64,000 nt of DNA, taken from positions 277,012-341,011 of the forward strand of contig MFNL01000001.1 in assembly GCA_001782035.1 (NCBI GenBank), read 5' to 3'. The first letter of the stretch is position 1. Each line of letters begins with the position of its first letter. Positions 58,278-64,000 of the stretch are shown here, piece by piece. Source of the stretch: Candidatus Levybacteria bacterium RIFCSPHIGHO2_01_FULL_37_17 (lineage in GTDB: Bacteria > Patescibacteriota > Microgenomatia > Levybacterales > UBA12049). A model generated the notes under the pieces. The model made no database searches. It was given only the letters and a program-made list of their open reading frames with translations, and was not told the origin of the DNA. The position numbers were made by a program, and so were the translations under genes.

Positions 58278-59936
58278 ATGTTTAAAAAATTTCTAAATTG
58301 GAAACTGTTGCTTTTTTCGATTACGATATTAGCGGCAATATTGCGATTTTATCAGTTGGGAAGTAATCCCCCTTCTTTAACATGGGACGAAGTGGCATGG
58401 GGATACAATGCTTACTCATTATCAGTAGATGCAAAAGATGAATTTGGAAAATTTCTTCCCATAACATATCTTGAGTCTTTTGGCGATTTTAAACCTCCGG
58501 CTTACGCTTATTTAACAGTAATACCGGTAATGTTTTTTGGTCTTAGCGAATTTGCTGTAAGGTTTCCTTCAGCACTTTTTGGAACGTTAACGGTTCTTCT
58601 TACTTACTTCTTAGTTATTCGTATTTTCCCAAATTCCAAGAACAAGGAATTAGTAGCAATATTATCTGCTCTTTTTCTTGCCATATCGCCTTGGCATATT
58701 ATGCTCTCCCGTGCTGCTTTTGAAGCAAACGTTGCCAACTTTTTTATAGTAACAGGAATATGGGCCTTTTTAGGTGGAGTACAAGGAAAAAAATGGCTTT
58801 TGCTTGTCTCAGCGGTTTCTTTTGCCTTGTCCTTTTACGCTTTTAATACTGCAAGAATTATTTCGCCTCTTTTGGTAATTCTTCTTGCATTTGTTTTCAG
58901 GAAAAGATTGTTCGAGCTAAAAAAAACCACACTTTATTCAATATTACTTGGACTTATAATTGTTGTCCCATTAGTGCCATTTTTATTTACTCCACAAGCA
59001 CAGCTTCGGTTTAAAGAAGTTAATATTTTTACAGATTCACAGGTGATTGAAACCGCAAATAAGTATATAGAGCAAAACGGTGGAGCAGCATGGTCAAACA
59101 TAATGCATAACAGAAGAATTTTATTCTCTCTTGAGTATGTTAAGCATTATCTCGACCATTTTTCTCCTGCATTTCTTTTTATAAGCGGAGATGAGAATCC
59201 TAAGTTTTCAGTTCAAGATGTCGGACAGATGTACATTTGGGATATTTTATTCCTTGTTACGGGTATAATTTTTCTATTCAAAAGAAAAGAAGGACTGTAC
59301 TACATAATTCCGCTTTGGTTGTTGGTAGGAATTATTCCTGCTGCAACAGCCAGAGAAACTCCACACGCACTTCGTATTGAAACAACACTTCCCACCTGGC
59401 AAATCATAACAGCTTATGGTTTTGTAGTATTTTTGGAATGGGCGAGAAAATTAAATATAAAAATTAGAGATTATAAATTAAAAGCAGCTTATGCACTTCC
59501 TCTCATAGTCTTCTTCTTTTTATTTATTAACGTTCTATACTTCCTACACAATTACTACGCGCATTATCCAAAAACCTGGTCTGGAGAGTGGCAATACGGC
59601 TATAAGGAGGCAATAGACTACGTTAAATCAGTTGAGGAAAATTACGATAAGATTGTAGTAACAACTGCTCTAGGAAGGCCGTATGCTTACTTTCTCTTCT
59701 ACAATAAAACAAATCCAGAATTATTTAGAAAAACTGCTGTTGTAGAAAGAGATCCGTTCGGTTTTGTTACAGTGAATAGTTTTGGAAAATATCATTTTTC
59801 GGGGCAATTTGATCAATTCGAACAAGACGGTGATAAAAACCTATATATAAATATTGCAGCACCTGATTCAGCTGATATTAAAAAGACTTTTTATCTATTA
59901 AATGGAAACCCTGTTTTAGTTGCGTATGAATTTTAA
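58278..59936 (+). CDS. GT-C glycosyltransferase (PMT/ArnT-like), DE-GYNAYS paralog
   Basis: WDEVAWGYNAYS...DEFG, SFGDFKP, SPWH..SR..FE, WQYG. Confidence 0.85.
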   Translation: MFKKFLNWKLLLFSITILAAILRFYQLGSNPPSLTWDEVAWGYNAYSLSVDAKDEFGKFLPITYLESFGDFKPPAYAYLTVIPVMFFGLSEFAVRFPSALFGTLTVLLTYFLVIRIFPNSKNKELVAILSALFLAISPWHIMLSRAAFEANVANFFIVTGIWAFLGGVQGKKWLLLVSAVSFALSFYAFNTARIISPLLVILLAFVFRKRLFELKKTTLYSILLGLIIVVPLVPFLFTPQAQLRFKEVNIFTDSQVIETANKYIEQNGGAAWSNIMHNRRILFSLEYVKHYLDHFSPAFLFISGDENPKFSVQDVGQMYIWDILFLVTGIIFLFKRKEGLYYIIPLWLLVGIIPAATARETPHALRIETTLPTWQIITAYGFVVFLEWARKLNIKIRDYKLKAAYALPLIVFFFLFINVLYFLHNYYAHYPKTWSGEWQYGYKEAIDYVKSVEENYDKIVVTTALGRPYAYFLFYNKTNPELFRKTAVVERDPFGFVTVNSFGKYHFSGQFDQFEQDGDKNLYINIAAPDSADIKKTFYLLNGNPVLVAYEF

Positions 59937-61581
59937 GACCTCAAGGATACTTCTTTTTCTTATTGTTTTGGTTGCAGCTGTTTTAAGACTGTGGCAGCTT
60001 GGAAGCATTCCTCTTTCACCAAACTGGGATGAGGTCTCGTTGGGTTATAATGCCTATTCAATTCTTTTGACAGGGAAAGACGAATATGCAAGTTTTCTGC
60101 CTCCGGTTCTTCGTTCTTTCGATGACTATAAGCCGGCTCTATATTCATATCTTGCGATTCCTTCAGTAGCATTTTTTGATCTCAATACATTTGCGACCAG
60201 ACTGCCATCCGCTTTATTTGGAATTATCAGTGTAGTCGCAGTTTACTTTTTAGTTAAAGAATTATTTCCAAAACTAAATCCTAAAAACAAAATTAATAGA
60301 GAAGCTTTAGCTCTTTTAAGCGCAATGTTTCTTGCGATTTCTCCCTGGGCTATTCAGTTTTCAAGGGTAGCCTATGAGGCAAATGTTGGTGTTACTTTAA
60401 ATATTCTAACAGTGTTATTTTTCCTAAAAGGACTTAAAAAGCCATACCTTTTAATGTTTAGTGCAGCCTTTGCTGCGCTTGCTATTTATGCATACCAAAG
60501 TGAAAAGGTTTTCGTGCCGCTTCTGGTTTTATTACTTGTTCTAGCTTATCGGAAGGATCTTTTTGCTGTAGGAAAAAAATATATAATTTCAGCAGCTATT
60601 CTCGGATTTTTTCTGCTTTCTCCAATGTTTTTTTATTTATCTACCAATAGCGGTGCTTTTTTAAGGGTGACAGCAACCAGTGTTTTTTCATACAAATCAG
60701 AATTTCTTCCGACTTATAATGCAAGACTTGTTGAAGACAGCCAAAGAGGCGACGCGATAGGAGCACTTCTTGAAAACAAGCGGATAGTTTACGCAAAAAA
60801 AGTTGCAGAGGGGTATCTCTCGCATTTTAGCCCGAACTGGCTTTTTACAAGTGGAGATATACAAAGACACCATGCACCAAATATGGGAAACTTATATTTT
60901 TTTGAACTTCCATTGATTCTTCTTGGCATTTATTTTTTGATCTTTGGAAACGTAAACAAAAAAACAAAACTCTTAATTTTTGGATGGCTTCTTCTTGCAC
61001 CTCTTCCTGCTTCAATAACGGTTCAGGTACCTCATTCAGTACGCACCTTAAATTTCTTGCCTACATGGCAAATTTTAACAGCTTTAGGGGTTGTTTATGC
61101 CTATCAGCTTATAAGTAATTTCCGTTTTAGAAAAATAGCGATTGGGAGCTTTTTGGTTCTTGCTGTTTTTAATGTTTTATTTTATTTAAATATGTATTTT
61201 GTTCAACTCAATTACTTTCACGGATACGAATGGCAGTACGGATGGAGACAGGCCGTTGAATATGTGAAAGAGCATGGCGGAAAATACGATCAAATACTTA
61301 TCACAGACGCAGAGCCCTTGGAAAAATCATATATGTTTTTTTTATTTTATTTGAAATATACTCCTTCGGAGTATCAGACAATAGGCAAATATAGCTCTGG
61401 AGGTTTTGAGTCTCACCATAGTTTTGACAAATATTCTTTCAGACCAATTGACTGGGAAAAAGATTCATTACTCCCTGACAGCCTTTTTATCGGAAAACCA
61501 ACTGAGATACCTGAGTCGAGAGCAATTAAAACGATCTATAATCCAGATGGCACTGCCGCTATAAGAATAGCTGGAACTTAA
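59926..61581 (+). CDS. GT-C glycosyltransferase (PMT/ArnT-like), DE-GYNAYS paralog
   Basis: WDEVSLGYNAYSILLTGKDE, SFDDYKP, WQYG. Confidence 0.85.
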   Translation: MNFKTSRILLFLIVLVAAVLRLWQLGSIPLSPNWDEVSLGYNAYSILLTGKDEYASFLPPVLRSFDDYKPALYSYLAIPSVAFFDLNTFATRLPSALFGIISVVAVYFLVKELFPKLNPKNKINREALALLSAMFLAISPWAIQFSRVAYEANVGVTLNILTVLFFLKGLKKPYLLMFSAAFAALAIYAYQSEKVFVPLLVLLLVLAYRKDLFAVGKKYIISAAILGFFLLSPMFFYLSTNSGAFLRVTATSVFSYKSEFLPTYNARLVEDSQRGDAIGALLENKRIVYAKKVAEGYLSHFSPNWLFTSGDIQRHHAPNMGNLYFFELPLILLGIYFLIFGNVNKKTKLLIFGWLLLAPLPASITVQVPHSVRTLNFLPTWQILTALGVVYAYQLISNFRFRKIAIGSFLVLAVFNVLFYLNMYFVQLNYFHGYEWQYGWRQAVEYVKEHGGKYDQILITDAEPLEKSYMFFLFYLKYTPSEYQTIGKYSSGGFESHHSFDKYSFRPIDWEKDSLLPDSLFIGKPTEIPESRAIKTIYNPDGTAAIRIAGT

Positions 61582-61603
61582 GTATAATTAGTATAATAAC
61601 AGT

Positions 61604-62404
61604 ATGAAATTATCAATTGTTCTTTCAACGTTTAACGAAGAAAAAAACATGCCGGATTTTTTTGAAAACGTCAAAGATATTGCTGACGAAGTCATTTTAG
61701 TGGATGGAAGCTCTAAAGACAAAACAGTTGCAATTGCAAAGGAATACGGGGCTAAAATAAAAATTACAGATAACCCTCCAATATTTTTAATAAATAGGCA
61801 AAAAGCAATTGATATGGCAGATGATGGATGGCTTCTTAATCTAGATGCCGATGAAAGATTGTCACCAGAGCTTAAACAAGAGATAAGAGATAAGATAAAA
61901 GACATAAGTAAGCCTCTTAAATCTTCTGACTTAAATCATACTTCTGAAATCGCCGGTTACTGGATCCCCAGAAAAAATTTATTTTTAGGAAGGTTTTTAA
62001 TGAAAGGCGGACAATACCCCGACTATCAGCTAAGACTGTACAGGAAAGACAAAGTTCATTTTAAACTCGAGGACGTACACGAGCAGGCAATAGTAGAGGG
62101 TAAGACAGAATATTTACAAAACGCGATGCTGCATTATCCCTATTCTAATTTTTCCCACTATCTTAAAAAATGGAATGTTTATAATAACGCTTTAGCAGAC
62201 CAGATTACCAAAGAGCAAAAAACTAGAAATAGATTTCAAAAGGTCATCTATGGTTTTATGTACCTTTTGATAAAACCTTCCCACTGGTTGTTCACTACTT
62301 ATTTAAGGCATAAAGGTTTTATGGACGGCTGGCAGGGTTTTGTCTTCTCATTTTTTTCAGCACTTCGCTTTCCGGTTTCATACGTTTTATATTTGAGCAA
62401 ATGA
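61604..62404 (+). CDS. GT2 glycosyltransferase (WaaE/LgtF-like paralog)
   Basis: NEEKN, LDADE, YPDYQLRL, VHE, GFMDG. Confidence 0.88.
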   Translation: MKLSIVLSTFNEEKNMPDFFENVKDIADEVILVDGSSKDKTVAIAKEYGAKIKITDNPPIFLINRQKAIDMADDGWLLNLDADERLSPELKQEIRDKIKDISKPLKSSDLNHTSEIAGYWIPRKNLFLGRFLMKGGQYPDYQLRLYRKDKVHFKLEDVHEQAIVEGKTEYLQNAMLHYPYSNFSHYLKKWNVYNNALADQITKEQKTRNRFQKVIYGFMYLLIKPSHWLFTTYLRHKGFMDGWQGFVFSFFSALRFPVSYVLYLSK

Positions 62405-63984
62405 GTTTTAATAAGCTTTTGAAGCACCGTTTGTTTGTGCCTGCATTATTTCTACTGGTGTTTTTAGCTGCCTTTCTTCTTAGATCCTACATGTTTATTA
62501 ACGGTGATTTTTTTTATTTGGTAGACCAGGCAAGAGACTTACTTTTGGCTAAGTCGGTTGCGGTAGATCAGGATTTAACTCTTATAGGAGGACGTACGGG
62601 CTTTGGGGGGTTGTTCCATGGAGTTTTATGGATATACGTTATAGTTCCCTTTTTTATCTTGGCGGGAGGAAACCCATATTTTAGCCTTGTTCCGCTTTTT
62701 CTTTTGGTCAATTTAGGAATTATTGTAGCCGGTTTTATTGTAGGATGGAAGCTTTATAACAAATGGATAGGATTGCTTGTTGCTTTTTTTCTCACTATAT
62801 CAGGCGAGCTTGTCGCATCTGCTCTAATTACCACCAACGCCCAGGTACTTCCCATTGTGTTTCTTTTATATCTTTTTTCAATTGTTAAATTTATCAGAGG
62901 GGAGGAAAAATATTTTGTACTTGCAATCTTTTCAATAGGGCTAGGTTTCCAATTTGAGTCAGCATTTTCTGTTCTTCTTGTGCCGGTAACTGTTTTAGCT
63001 ATTTTTTTTGCTGGAAAAATTCCGAAGATTAAATACTTATTTTTAGGGTTTCTAAGCGCTCTCTTGGCAGTATCCACTTTTATTCTTTTCGATCTAAGGC
63101 ATCAGTTCTTAATGACATCTTCTGCGTTTAGATTATTCACAAATACACATAAACCGCTTCCCGGTTACGAGGAGTATTCGGATATTATATTTAGAGTAGG
63201 TAATAGAGTAAGTGCTTTGTGGGACAGTTTTTTCTCGCCTTTATATGAAAAGAATCTTTTTTTAGAAATATTATTAATTTCTATCATCTTTTCTGCAATT
63301 TTCTTTTTAACAAGAAAAATTAGAACCTCAAAAATGGATAAGTTTGATAAAGAGTTTATTTTCCTTTTATTTTCTCCCGTCTTGATCTTTGGTTTTTATA
63401 TAATTTACCCTTTTCCTTTATGGTCTCACTATCTTCTTCCAATTGCTGTAATTTTTTCTTTTATATTAACCTTATCAATAAAAAGCATTTGGCAAACTTC
63501 ATCACTGCGTATCTTAGCTCTGGCCTTTCTTTTATTGGCAGCTTTACCGCCTTTGAATTATTTCAGTACGGTATATCTTCAAAATCAAGAATATAAATCA
63601 GTAAGCGACGGAACTTACATAAATCAAAAAAAGGTAGCAGAATGGGTTGTCGCCGACTCGATGAACAAGGGCTTCTCACATTTTGTTTATTCACCGGGCA
63701 TTCTAACTTATAATATGGATTATCTTCTTTGGTACTTTGCAAAAGAAAAAAACAGCAAACAACCCGAGAATATAAAATCAATCGATACTTATTTAATATT
63801 GTATCAGCCACGCCAGGGTGATGAAAACGCGCACATGTTTTGGAAAGAAAATGTAATTAGAACAGAAGCGATACCTGTGAGAATAAAAAGATTTGACAGT
63901 GGCATTATTGTTGAGAAAATAGACCTTTCTAAGGATAAACTAGAGGTAGACCCAAATTATTTTCAGAATTTAATTTTCAGATGA
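62401..63984 (+). CDS. GT-C glycosyltransferase (PMT/ArnT-like), resembling 5009-6586
   Basis: VDQARD...LIGG...GGLFHG..W.Y, many TM helices. Confidence 0.78.
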   Translation: MSFNKLLKHRLFVPALFLLVFLAAFLLRSYMFINGDFFYLVDQARDLLLAKSVAVDQDLTLIGGRTGFGGLFHGVLWIYVIVPFFILAGGNPYFSLVPLFLLVNLGIIVAGFIVGWKLYNKWIGLLVAFFLTISGELVASALITTNAQVLPIVFLLYLFSIVKFIRGEEKYFVLAIFSIGLGFQFESAFSVLLVPVTVLAIFFAGKIPKIKYLFLGFLSALLAVSTFILFDLRHQFLMTSSAFRLFTNTHKPLPGYEEYSDIIFRVGNRVSALWDSFFSPLYEKNLFLEILLISIIFSAIFFLTRKIRTSKMDKFDKEFIFLLFSPVLIFGFYIIYPFPLWSHYLLPIAVIFSFILTLSIKSIWQTSSLRILALAFLLLAALPPLNYFSTVYLQNQEYKSVSDGTYINQKKVAEWVVADSMNKGFSHFVYSPGILTYNMDYLLWYFAKEKNSKQPENIKSIDTYLILYQPRQGDENAHMFWKENVIRTEAIPVRIKRFDSGIIVEKIDLSKDKLEVDPNYFQNLIFR

Positions 63985-64000
63985 GGTAAAATAGAAGAAT

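Noticed and set aside
1-64000. CRISPR array, transposase, integrase, prophage, rRNA, and the many short antisense ORFs in the track
   Set aside because: No repeat-spacer array or recognisable mobile/rRNA genes seen; the short ORFs are shadows of well-supported genes

Overview
AT-rich, very gene-dense bacterial DNA. The gene set (DUF5652, DUF5679, DUF4446, DUF3048, short GluRS, archaeal-type AspRS, many GT-C enzymes, leaderless promoters) suggests Patescibacteria/CPR, probably Microgenomates; this is inference. Layout: (1) 1-6.9 kb, nucleotide-sugar genes (ugd, rmd-like, gmd, uxs-like) plus a GT2-GtrA fusion and a GT-C. (2) 6.9-21.8 kb, small accessory ORFs and housekeeping genes (secD, secF, yqeY, tRNA nucleotidyltransferase, recJ, aspS, dac, gltX). 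(3) 22.4-26.5 kb, tRNA-Gln(CUG) preceded by a small GIY-YIG nuclease and a duplicated, palindrome-interrupted 5' fragment of the same tRNA, followed by an accessory stretch. (4) 26.5-32.1 kb, a sortase and its likely surface substrates. (5) corA, lon with a CIRCE-like site, and tRNA-Glu(CUC). (6) 36.9-64 kb, a large glycosylation locus with ten GT-C-type membrane proteins, seven GT2, one GT4 and a Wzx flippase. The strongest novelty candidate is the tRNA-fragment/palindrome/GIY-YIG cassette. Next are a 105-nt rod-like hairpin in the gltX leader, heptamer microsatellites inside coding loops, and a possible sortase/GT-C surface glycoprotein system. All family calls come from motif recognition, not database searches.
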